NCBI GenBank assembly: GCA_036867785.1
Contig: CP145426.1
Span: forward strand, 62,001 to 126,000
DNA: 64,000 bases
Source of the DNA: Plasmodiophora brassicae
Lineage: Eukaryota
Direction: 5' to 3'
Shown here: positions 24,853-38,283 of the stretch, one piece after another
Numbering within the stretch: position 1 is the first letter of the stretch
Layout: each line of letters starts with the position of its first letter
Made by a program: the position numbers and the translations under genes
The notes under the pieces: model-generated
Seen by the model: the letters and a program-made list of their open reading frames with translations, nothing else
What the model was told of the DNA's origin: nothing
Database searches by the model: none

Positions 24853-27445
24853 TCAGCAAACGTCGTGTTCCTGGGCGCCGCTCGGGAGCGGGGCGCCGAC
24901 GACGTCCTCGGCCACGTGCGCCTGTTCTCGTTCCGGCGCGGGATCAACGACGATGCCGGCGACGACCTCAAGCTCGACCTCCTCGACGACGACGTCCTTG
25001 GGGGCGGTCGCCCGCTCGTCCAGCGTTGCACCGCGAAGCGGGCCGGCGGCGCGCTCCCGACGCAGCTTCAACGTGGCCATGCGCGACAGGCGCTCCTTGG
25101 TCGCCGAGCGCGACTGGTACGCGAACAGGACGGCGAGCAGGACGACGAAGACGACGGAGACGGCGAGGGCGGCGGGCCAGTGCACCCAGGGGCGGTCGGA
25201 GAACTGCCCGGCGAACACGAGCGCCACGACCGACATGAGCTTGATGAGCAGGTTCAGCGCCGGCCCGGACGTGTCCTTGAACGGGTCGCCGATCGTGTCG
25301 CCGACGACGACGGCGTCGTGGTTCGCCGTCTTCTTCCCCTTGTTGACGCCGGGCTCGTTCAGGTTGCCCTTCTCGACGAACTTCTTGGCGTTGTCCCAGC
25401 TGCCGCCCGCGTTCGACATGGTGACGGCCAGCAGGAACCCGGAGACGATCGTGCCGACCAGCATGCCCAGCAGGCCCTTGCTGCCCAGCAGCAGGCCCGT
25501 GATCAGCGGCGAGCAGGCGGCGATGACGCCCGGGGCGATCATCTCGCGCAGCGACGCGTTCGTCGCGATGCGAACGCACTGGGTGTGGTCGGCGACGCCG
25601 CCCTCCAGGATGTGCTCGTCGATGATCTGCCTGCGCACCTCCCACATGATCGACTCGGCCGCCTTGCCCACCGACAGCATGGTCAGGGCGGCGAACACGA
25701 ACGGCATCAGGCCGCCGAGCAGGATGCCGGGCAGGACGACCGGGTCCATCAGCGACACTTCCTCGGCTTTCAGGCCGGCCTCGGCGGCGAACGCGGCCAT
25801 CAGCGCGACGGCGGTCAGGACGGCGGACCCGATGGCGAACCCCTTGCCGGTCGCCGCCGTCGTGTTGCCCAGGGCGTCCAGGGCGTCGGTCGTGTCGCGA
25901 ACCGCCTGCGGGAACTCCTCCTCGGCCATCTCGGCCAGGCCGCCGGCGTTGTCGCAGACGGGGCCGAACGCGTCCGACGCGAGCGACACGCCCAGCGTGC
26001 TGAGCATGCCGACGCCGGCGACGGCGATGCCGTACGTGCTGGCCAGCTGGTCGGCGGCCAGGATGCTGGCGACGATGGCGACGACGGGCGGCACGCACGA
26101 CAGCATGCCAAGGCCGAGGCCCTGGATGACGACGGTCGCCGGGCCCGTGTCCGACTTCCTGGCGATCGACTGCGTCGGCGCGTACGTGTACGACGTGGCG
26201 TACTCGGTGCAGTACCCGACCAGGCAGCCGCAGACGAGCCCGACCAGGATGCAGGCGTACAGGCGCCAGCCCAGCGCGTTGTCCAGGCCGAAGGTCAGGT
26301 GCGTCGCCAGGGCGGACGCGCCGATGACCAGGGCGGATGCGCCGTACACGCCGATCCGCATCGACGTCAGCAGCGACCCGAGCAGGCGTTCGTTGTGCCG
26401 CCGGACGGCCGCCTCGTACGCGAACTGTTCCGACGACGACGACGACGACAACGGAGGGGCCGGCGCCGCCGCCGACGACGAGTGGCGCACGAGGAGCGTG
26501 CCGACGACGGAGCAGATGGCGCCGAGGCCGTACACCCAGAGCGGGAACGCCGCCATCGTCAGCTCCGTGTACGTGCGCCCGCTCGCCTGCATCGCCTCCT
26601 GCACGATCGGGTCGGCGAGGAACGCCCGGCCCAGCGTGCAGGCCGCGATGATCGTCCCGACGTACGACTCGAACAGGTCGCTGCCCATGCCGGCGACGTC
26701 GCCGACGTTGTCCCCGACGTTGTCCGCGATCGTCGCCGGGTTGTTCGGGTCGTCCTCCTCCAGGCCGGACTCGACCTTGCCGACCAGGTCGGCGCCGACG
26801 TCGGCCGCTGCACACACAGTCAGACAGAGCCAGACCAGCGACGCAAACGAACGACAGCAACGAACCTTTCGTGTAGATGCCGCCGCCGACACGCGCGAAC
26901 AGCGCAATGCTGGAGGCGCCGACGGCGAAGCCCGACATCCACTTCCAGGAGTTGTGCGCGTCGCCGGACACGTAGTAGAAGGTGGTGAAGAGGACGGAGA
27001 CGCCCAGGATGCCGGTGGCGACGACGGTGAGGCCCATGACGGCGCCGGACTTGAAGGCGACGCGCAGGCCGGCGTTCAGCGGGTTGGGGCCGGCGCAGGC
27101 GAGCGTCGTGCGCAGGTTGGCGCGCACGGCAATGGACATGCCCAGGTACCCGGTCAGGGCGGACAGGACGGCGCCGACGACGAACGCGGCCGTCGTCTCC
27201 CAGCCGACGACGACGGCGAGGACGACGAACACGATGACGACGTAGGCGGCCAGGATGGTGAACTCGGCGCGCAGGAACGCCTGCGCCCCGTCCTGGATCT
27301 TGTGGAACGCCGACGCCGCCTTCGGGTACCGCTTCTCGTCGACGCCGATCGACAGGACCTGGTACGCGTACACGACGGCGGCCAGCAGCGACAGAAGGCC
27401 GCCGGCCAGCGCCGCCGCCACGGTCATGGACGTCGTCAGCTCCAT
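24853..27445 (-). CDS. K+-dependent membrane-bound ion-pumping pyrophosphatase
   Basis: RVGGGIYTK|AADVGADLVGKVE (intron 26808-26865); DNVGDNVGD; GNTTAATGKGFAIGS; GGSWDNAKK; GDTIGDPFKDTSGP. Confidence 0.95.
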
Positions 27446-27819
27446 CGGCGTTGCCGCGGCGATCTCAGCGACACACGGGGACGCCGGCGCCGCAAATTGC
27501 AAACTGACCAGGGCGCCCGCGGGACACCGCGTCCCGCCGCGGACAGCGCCGTCGACGACGGCGACTGCGCGCGCCCCCCGCTGCGCCCGAAATAGATTCC
27601 TCCGCGTGCAGCCGCCCGACCTGCCTTCGGAGACGGGGCCCGCGCACTGCAGCACGTAACAGTGGACGGGCGCGCGCCCCACGGGAATGTTCCACGTGCC
27701 GCCGTGCGCGCTGCAGTCCGGGACTGCACGGCGCAGTCAGAACAACCCGGCGCGCGTCGCGTCACACTGATGATGGAATCGCGCGCGTTCTGTGCCGGGC
27801 GCGCTCGCGCAGATACGTT

Positions 27820-29622
27820 ATGTCGATGCAGGGCCGCAGCGTGCCGCTGGCCGGCCTGGTCGTCGTCGTCGCGGTTGCCGCCGGCGTCGCGGGTGCGGCG
27901 TACCGCGACCACCGCATCTACATGATCATGGTGGAGGCGTTCCAGTTCGGCGGGCAGACGACCGGGTACGGCGACGGGTACGGTGCGTCGCACCACCTCG
28001 GCGATCTGGTCAGGGCTGTGCGCCGCCCGCCTGCCGCGTCGGTCTCAGGGGGGGCGCCCGCGCACAGAGGGGTATCATCAACGCGATTCCGTACATCGCG
28101 ACGCTGGGCGTGAACACGTTGTGGCTGTCGCCCGTGTTCGACTCGGCGAAGGGCGAGCCGGGCCCGTTCGGCGGCGTGAACGTCAAGCTGGACGCGACAG
28201 GTACCGGGCCGAGTCCTGCGCCCGCGCTTCGCCGTCCGACTAACGATGGGCGGCCGCCGTCAGGGTACTACGCGCGTAACTATTTCGCGATCGACCCGAT
28301 GTTCGGCACGCTGCAGGACTACGTGGCGCTGGTGCAGACGGCGCACGCGCACAACCTGGCGGTGCTGATGGACGTTGCGATCGGGCACAACAAGGGCAGC
28401 GTTGCGCCGAGCCCGTCCGGGCGGCGCATGGCCGACGCGCCCGACTTCTCCGTCGACGACATGATCGAGTTCCTGCACGAGCTGCTCGTCTACTGGGTGC
28501 GCACCGCGAACGTCGACGGGTACCGCCTGGATCAGGCGTACCAGGTGCGTGCGGCACACCCGCACCCACCTGCGCGCCCTAACGCTTGCCCTGTCGCTGG
28601 CAGGTCCCCGCACCCGTCTGGCATTCGGTGATCGAGCGCGTGCGCGCCGCGTACCCGGAGACGTTCTTCGTCGGCGAGGTGCTCTGCGGGGCGACGCTCG
28701 ACGGGCACGGCGCGTGCACCGGCCCGGACCTGGGCATGGCGCACCTGCAGGCCAACATCGCCGCGTACACGACGACGACGGGCGTTGCCGGCATCCCGTC
28801 CACGTTCAACTTCCCGCTCATGCTCGCCCTGCGGCACGCGATCGGCGCCGTCGACCGCTGGGTGGACCCCGCGCCCGCCTACGATCTGCTCGCCCCCGTG
28901 TTCCAGTGGATGCACGACGACAACCTGACGACGGCGCTGACGTTCCCGGAGGGGAACCACGACTTCCCCCGGATCGGCAACCTGCTCCTGCGAGGGCGCA
29001 CGCCCCCGGAACAGTACTGGCATCGCATCCGCCTGGCGATGGCGTTCACGGCGGCGTACTCGGGCCCGATCCAGATCCGTAAGGCGCGCGCTGGGGAACA
29101 CGGGACGTCGCCGGTGAACCGCTGACCACCGACGCGTTCCCCAGTGTACGGCAGCGAGATCGGGCAGCGTCTGGAGGGCGTGGCGACGCTCCAATGGGAG
29201 CGGTGTGCCGAGCGCGGCCTGTGCGACGATCACATCGCGCGCATCAGCGGGAAGGTCAACGGGTTCTCCAGCGACGAGATCGCCCTGCAGGTACGTAGAC
29301 GTCATTGCCAACCGGCGTGTCGTTACTGAACGCCCAACGTCCCTAGTCGTACTGGCGGCACCTGATGTCGATTCGCGATCGGCACCTGGCACTGCAACGC
29401 GGGCGGACGCTCGTCGTGAACGTCGACGACGGCGACGTGTTCGTCCAGGTGAAGGTTGACGAGGGGTCGGGCGACGTCGTCGTTGTCGTGCAGAACTTTG
29501 CCGAAACCGACAAAGCCGTATCGATTCCCGACGGCGCGATCCCCGCGACCCACAACGTCGCGTTGCCGGCACAGATTCGGATCCCGGCCCTGTCGTCCGT
29601 CTTTGTCGCCGGTGACGAATAG
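27820..29622 (+). CDS. Secreted GH13 alpha-amylase/cyclomaltodextrinase-like glycosidase, multi-exon
   Basis: Signal peptide; GDL-GII...LGVNTLWLSPVF; IDPMFGT; catalytic regions DGYRLD, VGEV and NHD. Confidence 0.9.
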
Positions 29623-29808
29623 CTCGGTTAGCGCAGCAGCAAGGAATGCACAATACATGACGCTGTCTGCGGTACAATGTCATGTGATGTGTGTGCCGTG
29701 CCCCATGACGGCTCATCGGATGACGTCGACGTCGAATGTATTGCATTGGAGAAGACGTGTGCAAGGTGGCGTATTGCACAGGGTTATCGTGCGCGTCGTA
29801 GCTGTCCG

Positions 29809-30612
29809 TTAACGGCGGATTAGGCGGAACAACGACAGGAGCTCGTCAGGGAGATTCGTGTCAAGAGCCATTTTCTGAGCACGATTCCAGTCCCTGTTGA
29901 AGACCCTGCCAGACTCCAGCAGCAGCCTGACAACTCCCGTATGTCCGTTCGCGGTGGCCAAGTGCAACGGAGTAACTGGTAAGCGACTTCGATGGCTGAC
30001 CTGAATACGCTGCCCCTGACTGTCGGTGTACTCGATCAGCGCGAGAACGACGTCAACGTGTCCCAGTTGTGCTGCAAGGTCCAGCGGCGTCCTGTCTTGA
30101 GGGTCCCGTGCTACGATGAATTCCAGTGACGCCGAAGGGCAGCCCAGCAGGATCCCGACGGAGGTAATGTCCCCATTGCTCGCGGCGTAATGCAGCGGTG
30201 TCCATTCTTGCCCGTCGCGGCAATTGACAACGATGTCAGGGACTTGTACCAGCAGGCGTAGGACAGCGTGCTGACGATTGATTGCTGCCCACAGGACGAC
30301 ATTGCCAGCCCCGCCTGGCCATTCCGTTTCGTGGACAGAGGAGAAGCCGTACATGGGATCAAGCGGGGTACCGCGCAAGCGAGCGTGACAAATCCAACGA
30401 ACGACATCTAGTAGATGTTGCTGGCCGCCGGTTGCGTCCAGGAGTTGGTTAACTCCATCAACGTCCGGTTCGTGGACGTCGAAGTTGTAGTCGTACCGCG
30501 AGATGGTTATGACCGCGCCGATCTGGCCGCAGAGCAGGCCGAGGGCCACGATCAGGACCTGACCCAGCCAGGTACAGGGGCGCACGTGACCGGCGCGTTT
30601 GCCGATAGTCAT
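29809..30612 (-). CDS. Secreted ankyrin-repeat protein without a SKP1-like domain
   Basis: Hydrophobic LGQVLIVALGLLCGQIGA; ankyrins WTPLHYAASNG, TPLDLAAQLG and TPLHLATANG. Confidence 0.8.
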   Translation of the reverse strand: MTIGKRAGHVRPCTWLGQVLIVALGLLCGQIGAVITISRYDYNFDVHEPDVDGVNQLLDATGGQQHLLDVVRWICHARLRGTPLDPMYGFSSVHETEWPGGAGNVVLWAAINRQHAVLRLLVQVPDIVVNCRDGQEWTPLHYAASNGDITSVGILLGCPSASLEFIVARDPQDRTPLDLAAQLGHVDVVLALIEYTDSQGQRIQVSHRSRLPVTPLHLATANGHTGVVRLLLESGRVFNRDWNRAQKMALDTNLPDELLSLFRLIRR

Positions 30613-31829
30613 TGTCCTGGGACTGGAGCCTTGTGTCTCCAACTCGACGACGTCCTCTCGCCGCGCGCGCAAGCAGATTGAATTCTGACGCCGTGACGCA
30701 GTCCTTGGCGATCTTCGCTTCGGTGGCCTGCGTCGAGAGGCCATGGCGTCTGGCAGGAAGACTCCTGACCTGGCCCGCGATCCACCCGTCGATCGAGTCC
30801 CTCATCAGTCAGCACATGTCGCACGGATATCGACGTCAGCTTTGGCGTAGTGAAGCAAAACCGGATCGCTTGAGGCTTGATCCCCGCTGCCTCAGGTCGG
30901 TGTCCTTCTCGGCCATTCACGACACCACAGTAGCGATGATACTGTCGACGTAGCATACAACTTCGTTGCGCGCGGGAGCATGCTGATGTCGTCGAGTCGT
31001 CGTCGACTCGACGTGCGCGCGCGCCTACCGACCCTGATGCCATGACAAGACAGATGGCAGTCCGCACGGCGTGGTCCGACGGGTACATGGGCCTGGCGCG
31101 GCCCTGTGCCGCGTGGGCCGTACGCACTCCGCAGGCCGCCGGCGTGCACCTACAGGCCACGGACACTGCCAGGAATGTTCTGACTAGCGCGGTAGGACGC
31201 GGACGCCCGTCTCGACGGTCCCAGGGGCGCGCTCGGTGTCCTGTGGCATCCTACGACGCCTTCACCGACCTGGGCGCAGGCAGTGCGGTTCAGTCTGCGA
31301 TACACCCGTCCTGGTTTAGCGCGCACCTACCCCGGCCGGGTGCGTCTGACCACCTCTATAACGTTGCCACACTTTGCCGCTCGGCGCAGGGTCGGGTCAT
31401 CGGCTGCGATTGTGAACCCTCTCGGAGTTGTACCCGAGCAGGAAGTTGACAGCGTCACTGTGCCATCGACGGGCTAATTTCAGGAGTTAGCTAGGCGGGC
31501 AACATTATGTGCCGGAACCCCATGACGGCGGTCGCCAAAGGGGCAACTCGTAGGCTACACTCGAGACGGCCCGGCCGGCCCGATGAACGTCTGCGAGCAG
31601 TTCAGGATAAAACTCGCACGCAACATGAGGTTAATTCGAGGATTGGTCTGGCGCTGCAGGCCCTCGTGGACTGCGCACGCCGGGTCAAATGTTTTGCGCG
31701 ACTCTGGTGTGCAGTGCCAACTCAGGAAACTGCGTCCCGTCACTTACCGCTTCGGCAATCCGCGGGCCGACAGCTGCTCTCCGGGCGCTCATATTCTCTC
31801 TTGCTTAGTAACGACAACACGCTCGGACC

Positions 31830-33581
31830 ATGTCCAACTTCCTGTACGGCGCCAAGGCGCGTTCCCGGATGCTGCTTGCCGCGCTGTCAATGGTCGTCTT
31901 GACCGGCGCCGGCACTGGCGTCCATGTCGAGCGCATCCTACCGCCATCACTGGCGCCAGTCGTGAAAGGACGGGAGGGTTGTCGTGTTCTATACGCGTTC
32001 GGCCGTGGGTTCGACGAAAGCTCTTCCTGCACCGTCGTGGACGTTGTCGACGGATCCCGCCAGAACGTTGAAACAGTGGTCCTGCACGATTCTGTTCTGG
32101 CGTGCCTTGTGCCCAACGCCGCTGTCGACATGCGTTCGTCGAAACTCAGCATTGCAGGGCATCCGCAACCGTTCCGACTGAGCGTTGACCTCGTCGCCCA
32201 AGCTGACCCTCGCGACGATATCCGGCCGGGAATGAACGACTGGATCGCCTTGCAATTCCTGCGCAGCGCCAACGTGTACGGGGTGATGTCTCTCGTGGAC
32301 CCGCTGGACACTGCTGCCCTGCGACATCTGGTCGAGGCGATTATCACGCACGATGGGAAGTTCCGCAAGTTCGCATGCGTCATGGACCCGACGGGCGCGT
32401 GGCATCCCTTCCCGATCGACCTGAATAACCACATCTTCGATGTGGCGATGCGCGGCGGAGACGAAGAAGAGTTGGACGCGTTTCTCCACAAGCTGGCTGA
32501 GATCCCAATGGACTACTCGCTGCCGCCCTGGCAAATGTGGGTCCTGTCATCCCGTGCAACGAGCACCTCAACGCTGGTGTTCAAGGCGTCGCATATGATA
32601 TCTGATGGCACAGGCCTGGTTGCGTTTCTTCAAGAGTAGGTCTCCACGAATGCACTCCGTTTGGCGAGCGCTCAGTCGAACTTTATGAACAGGTTGGTTG
32701 GTGAAGGGATGTCGTTTCCTGGAAGCGGTGGCGCTGGAGTACGCCGAGCTTCATTGACGACCATGCTCGCGAACGTGGCCAGGGACCCTCTGCGATCGAT
32801 GCGTTCGTTACGTCAAGCGTCATCTGGTGTGGTACGCGCTTTGCAACGGATGTGGGACTCGTCGACGTCACCTTCCAAGGAGGGTTTCTCGTCTGGTACT
32901 GGGTTCGGAACCAGGATGACGTCGTGTTCCGCCCGAGTAGACGACTTGAAGCGAATTGCACGACGACTTTCAACCGAGGCCATGTACGTCAAGCTGAACG
33001 ATGTCCTGCTTGGCATCGTGGGCGGTGCTATTCGGTCAGCAGTGCTGGAAATGGGTAACGCGTCAGCGCTGGATGACATCAACATGAAATGTGTCGTGCC
33101 GGTGAACCTGCGTGATCCTCGCAACGCAGAGACCCCTCTCGATAACGACATTGAGCTTGTTTATGTCCCTCTGCGCGTCGACGTCGCTGATGATGCGGAG
33201 CGCGTCCGGGCGATCGCAACAGTTACGAACGACATCAAATCGGGAATCGAGCTCCACATGCGACACTTCCTGCAGAGACAAATGATGCGCTTCCCATCGC
33301 TGGTTGCCGGTCAGGTTGAAAAGCAGTTCAAGGGCCTGCTTGTAGCCGTGAGTAATGTTCCCGGCCCGGTTGACCCCATTTCCGTTGTTGGGGCCCGCGC
33401 CTCCGCAATGCGATTCTACATGACGAACCAGGAGCGGCGCTTCGTGACCCCGATCAGGGTCAGCGCTCTGTCCTACAACGGTACTCTCGACGTCAACCTT
33501 CTCAGTGACGACATCGTCGACGTCGACCAGCTGAAGCGCGGCTTTTACAAATCCTTCGCGAACCTTCGAGCTGGTTTGTAA
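31830..33581 (+). CDS. Wax ester synthase/diacylglycerol acyltransferase (WS/DGAT); 5' end probably further upstream
   Basis: PMDYSLPPWQMWVL; FKASHMISDGTG (HHxxxDG variant); KLNDVLLG; VPVNLR; VSNVPGP; LSYNGTL. Intron near 32636. Confidence 0.85.
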
Positions 33582-33916
33582 CACGCAGATCCTGATCGGC
33601 CTCTGGTGACACGCCTGAACTAATTATAAAGGTTGCTCTACCTTAGTCATCGCCTCGTCTATTTTCCATTGTCTACGCCCTTGCCACCACGGCGCCTTTG
33701 CCAGTGTCATCTCTGCCTCCGCTTCGCCCTGTTCTGTGTGACAGAGTAATTAGATCTGGCTGCCTTCTCAGTGACGACATCGTTGAGCGTTTCCTTCGCC
33801 GTCCAGGATCAACAGGGGGCCTGGGAGGCTAAAAGGCGCAGCAACGCTGGCCACACGCGATGTAGGGGTGGACTTGATGGGTGTATTATGCACGAGGCGA
33901 GGCAATGACAGACCGT

Positions 33917-36219
33917 TTAGTTCTTGTTGCCACCCAACGTGATGTTACCGATCTGGTACGAGTACGCGGACGCCTCGTCGAATTCGTAAAACGATCGAAT
34001 GCGTTGCTTGCCGACCGACCAGAACTCCTTGCAGACCTTCTCGAGGAAGAACCGGTCGTGGCTGACCACGACGATGGCGCCCTTGTATCCGTGGATCGCC
34101 TCGATCAGTCCGTCGATCGTGTCCAAATCTGCAGACCGACGATCAGAACCCGGAGCGAAAGCGCATCCGACGTGCCACGTACCGCAGTGGTTGGTTGGCT
34201 CGTCCATCACGATCAGGTGAGGTTGCCTGAACGTCAGCAGGGCGAAAGAGAGGCGGGACTTCTGGCCACCGGACAGGTCCTTGATCGTCTGGTGAACGAC
34301 CTTGCCCTTGATGCCGAACTGGCTCAGCTGGGAATAGATCTGCTCGACCTCGGCCTTCGGGAACGTATCTCTCAGCATCGTCTGCAACACCGCACTGAGT
34401 ATGACATAAACAGACGCGCGCACGAGTTGACATACCATTGGGGTCTTGGCGGCATCGAGGACATCGGTGTGGTGCTGGGCAAAGTACCCAATGATAGCCT
34501 GGCCGTTACGGGAGACCACACCCGACCAGGGCTCCAACTTGCCCAGCAGCAGTTGAATCAGCGTCGACTTGCCAGCACCGTTCGCACCGAGTACACCGAT
34601 GCGGCTGCAAGTACATCCCAAACGTCAGACACTGCTGTGGACGGCCAACAATGTTGCACATACCTGTCGAGATGAACAGAAAGGTTCGCGTTCTTGAACA
34701 GCGGCGGCTTCGTCTTGTCGTACCCGAACGACAGGTCGGTGACGTCAAAGATCTGGGGTTTGGCGAGCGGTTCCGGAATGGGGAACCCGAACCGGAACTT
34801 GTGGTCCTCGGGCGGCTTCTCCAGCTTCTCCATCTTGTCCAGCTCTTTGATACGAGACTGCACCATGGATGCCAGCTTCTTGTTGGCGCGGAACTTGTTG
34901 ATGAACTCGGTGGCGTGCGCGATCTTGTCCTGCTGCAGCTGGTAGGCCTTCCACGCGCAGCGCAGCTGTTCGCTTCGCACGCGCTCGAACGTCTCGTAGT
35001 CGCCCTTGTAGTACGTCAGCGTCTTGTACGCGAAGTGGATGACGTCCGTGATGACGCTGTTCAGGAACTTCCGGTCGTGCGACACGAGCAACAGCGTCTT
35101 CTCGTAGTTCTGCAGGTACCTCTCCAGCCACATGACGGTCGGGAAGTCGAGGTGGTTGGTCGGTTCGTCGAGAAGGAGGATGTCGGGCGTGACGAACAGT
35201 GCGCACGAGATGGCGACCCGCATTCTCCAGCCACCGGACAGGTCCTTCGTCACCTTCTGCTGCATCTCCTGGTCGAAGCCCAGACCGGCGAGAATCATGG
35301 CCGCCCGCGCCGCCGCAGTGTCCGAGTCGATCTGCTTCAGGCGCGAGTATGTGTCTTCGAGCTCGTCCTGCTGATCGGCGGTCATTTCCCCATTTTCGCG
35401 CTCCTCTTCCAGCCGCGTCTGCCTGGCCAGCAACATGGACAGCTCCTTGTCCGACTTGATCACATAGTCGATGACCTTGGTCTCGTCACCGACGATCTCC
35501 TGCTCGACGTGCATGACATGCAGGTTCTTGGGGAAGTCGGGGAACAGGTACCCGGAAATATGGTGCAGCAACGTGGATTTGCCGATCCCGTTCTGCCCAA
35601 TCAGCCCGTACTTCCTGCCGCACGTCAGGATCAGGTCCGCCTTCTCGATCAGGTTCGTCCCACCACCGAGGTTTGACATTCGAATCGAGATGTTCACGTC
35701 GCGTACGTGCTGCTTCTTGCTGTCGCCGGACAGCCAGACAGGAATGCCGTCCGGGTCCCGGTTCGACGCTGACGCTGACGCTGCTGAAGACGCAGCAGCG
35801 CCTTTGATCTTGATCTTGGACTTTGGCGCGGCCTTGGCTTTCTTTCCGCCACCTTTCTTGGTGTTCTTCGCCGGCTTCTTGGACTGCGGCTGCTCCTTGA
35901 CGTCGTTCGTGCGTTCGTCCACAGCGGCATCAGGTTCCTCTCTGGACTCACCGTTTGCCAAGTCGGACAGCTCCCTGGAGATGTCCATGCAGAGCAGTTT
36001 GACCTGGGAGTCGGACAGTTCGCCGGCGCATGGGTCGGCGACCAGATCCCGCAGCATATCGGCGTTCTCCCGGTGCTGCCCGATCTCCATGGCCGGCAGC
36101 ATTTCGGTGACAATCTGCGAGATGTCGCCCAGGAACTGGCCAACACCAGGGATGCCTTTCGACGCCGCCGAGACGGCGCGTCGCACGTCGTCGCCCGACA
36201 AGGCTTCCATGGTGGCCAT
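33917..36219 (-). CDS. ABCF-family ATPase (GCN20/ABCF3-like)
   Basis: GQNGIGKST, LSGGWRMR and LLDEPTNHLD; second NBD GANGAGKST and LSGGQKSR; no TM domains. Confidence 0.93.
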
Positions 36220-36262
36220 ACGTAGTTGGATCGGGCGTCTGAACGCCGTTGAACGTCTCCGC

Positions 36263-36280
36263 AGTCCGTGACGGACTCCG
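36263..36280 (-). promoter_or_regulatory. Copy of shared 18-bp upstream motif (ABCF gene)
   Basis: agtccgtgacggactccg; matches 50709-50726 and 52808-52825. Confidence 0.55.
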
Positions 36281-36796
36281 CCGCGACTCGCATCTTCGAC
36301 GACAACCAAACGGTCATCCGCGCCGGACATTTTCTGTGGCGCAATGTCAGTGCACGTGCACAGGGCGCTTCTCTACGTGTGGCCCACTCGTGAGCCGCCT
36401 TTATACCTGTCAGCCTAACCTAGTCCCCAACCGGAACTGGTCGGTTCATCCTGCACATGGCCGGTACGTTTCGAGTTGGGTAGAGTCGCGCGCTAAAACC
36501 GAAATGCCTCCACGGCCCGGTCTCCGACTACTAAATTACGGCCACATCTCATTCATATCTGAAGCAATGAGCGACCCTCACATATACTACGGTACGCTGC
36601 CAGACAGTGCGGGCCCGGATCAGACAACGGATTAATCGATCGGGACTGCGCCGCGCACCAGCCCCGCCCGGTCGGCGCATGCCTACACACACGGATCAGA
36701 TTGCTATTACTACCGCTGGAACACCCGGCCGATCGCTCAGCGACTAACGTATTGCTCGATCAACGCGAGATGCACAAGCAGCCACGTCCAGGTGCC

Positions 36797-38046
36797 ATGC
36801 TGTTCTCCATCGTCCCGTTCGCCCTTCTCATTAGCGCCGTTGCTGCTGTCACGACGCGCCGGCCCGACGATGGCGCTCTCCAGATTGTTCACAACGCGTC
36901 AGCTAGTACCGAACACTGCCCTATGCTGAAGCGTGCTATCGAAGACGTCGCCGAAGGTGCACCTGACGCCCTGCAAACAATAGCCCACAACGAGCGTCTG
37001 GTCATTATCGATTACATCCATGTGGCTGAAGCAAACGGGGTACGAATACCAATGGCGGCGCAATCTTGTTATTCGCTCTAACTGCACGATAGGCCCAAGC
37101 CGCATCGCGAATGATCCAGGAGAGGTTCAACGCAATGAACACCACAGATCAGCGCCTACTGCTGTCCGCTGTGCACCGGCTCGGCATGGGTTCCATGGCG
37201 ACAGACATCATGTCGACCAAACGAACCTGGGCTGACATTGCAGCGATACGGGATATGCTGCACGACGACGCCGATGCGTTCTGGTTCGTCATGGACTGTT
37301 CGCCCGTCCTGGCCCGCCTTCGTCAAATGGTGCAGAAGGACACGCAGGCGACGATCGTGAAGCAAGTTCACGACCTGGTCGCCTACGGTGGCAACGCTTC
37401 GTTTGTGACCGACACCCTGTGGGATAAGGAGTTTTCCTTGCTTCATCGAGCGGCATGCAATGGCGAAGACATGGTTATCGAGCTTCTCGCACGTTGCCCC
37501 GGCGTCGACATCAACTCGAACAACTGCCGCGATTACTGGTGGACTCCCCTGCACCTGGCTGCGTTACGGGGGCATACGCAAGTGGCCCGAACGCTGCTGG
37601 CAACGCCTGGGATCGACACCAACAATGCGCGGCAGTATCACAAGATGACACCGCTGCACGTGGCCGCCTTCTCAGGGTGCAGCAATATTACCCAGCTGCT
37701 CCTGAAGTCCACCGGGATCAAGATCAACGAGCGCGACCATCGTGGCCTAACACCGTTGCACTGGGCCGCCCGCAAGGGACATGTTGCCAACGTGGATATG
37801 CTTTTACAGGTCGACGGGGTCTCCGTCGACGCTTTGACACACGCGAACGAGACGGCGCTCGATCTGGCGAAATCCCAGTATCGCCACGATGTCGTCGCGA
37901 TGCTGCAGGAGAAGCGTCTTCAGGCTGGGAGCGAGACGGCGATCGATCTAGCCGCACGAGAGCAGCGCGAGGATGTCGCCGCGGCGCAGCGTCGTCAGGC
38001 AGCTGGCGTGTTTGGTCGCCTCATGACCAAGATCAGGAACCTGTGA
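36797..38046 (+). CDS. Secreted degenerate-SKP1/BTB + ankyrin-repeat protein (candidate effector)
   Basis: Signal MLFSIVPFALLISAVAA; HCPMLKRAIED; phase-0 intron 37040-37092; LLLSAVHRLGM; five to six ankyrin repeats. Confidence 0.85.
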
Positions 38047-38283
38047 ATTTCTCTCCTAGGTCGTCTCGGTGTTGCCACGTGATTCGTCAAACGCATCATT
38101 ACACACCAATCGCACGGGCGCTACGACTGCCTGTCAGTACTCGGAAACGTAGAGAGGACGATCAGATCGCTCTCGACCCAGGACGTACTGCAGCGATGAG
38201 TAAGTGTAATCCAAATGTGCTGCTGAACCGGAAGGTGGGGAGCTCCTTGTACTTGCCGACAGATCCGGGCAGCGGGCTAGTAA

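Noticed and set aside
24415-27682. Very long overlapping ORFs (857, 972 and 904 aa) around the pyrophosphatase
   Set aside because: Antisense or alternative-frame shadows of a gene with extreme GC3; low-complexity R/A/G content and no motifs.
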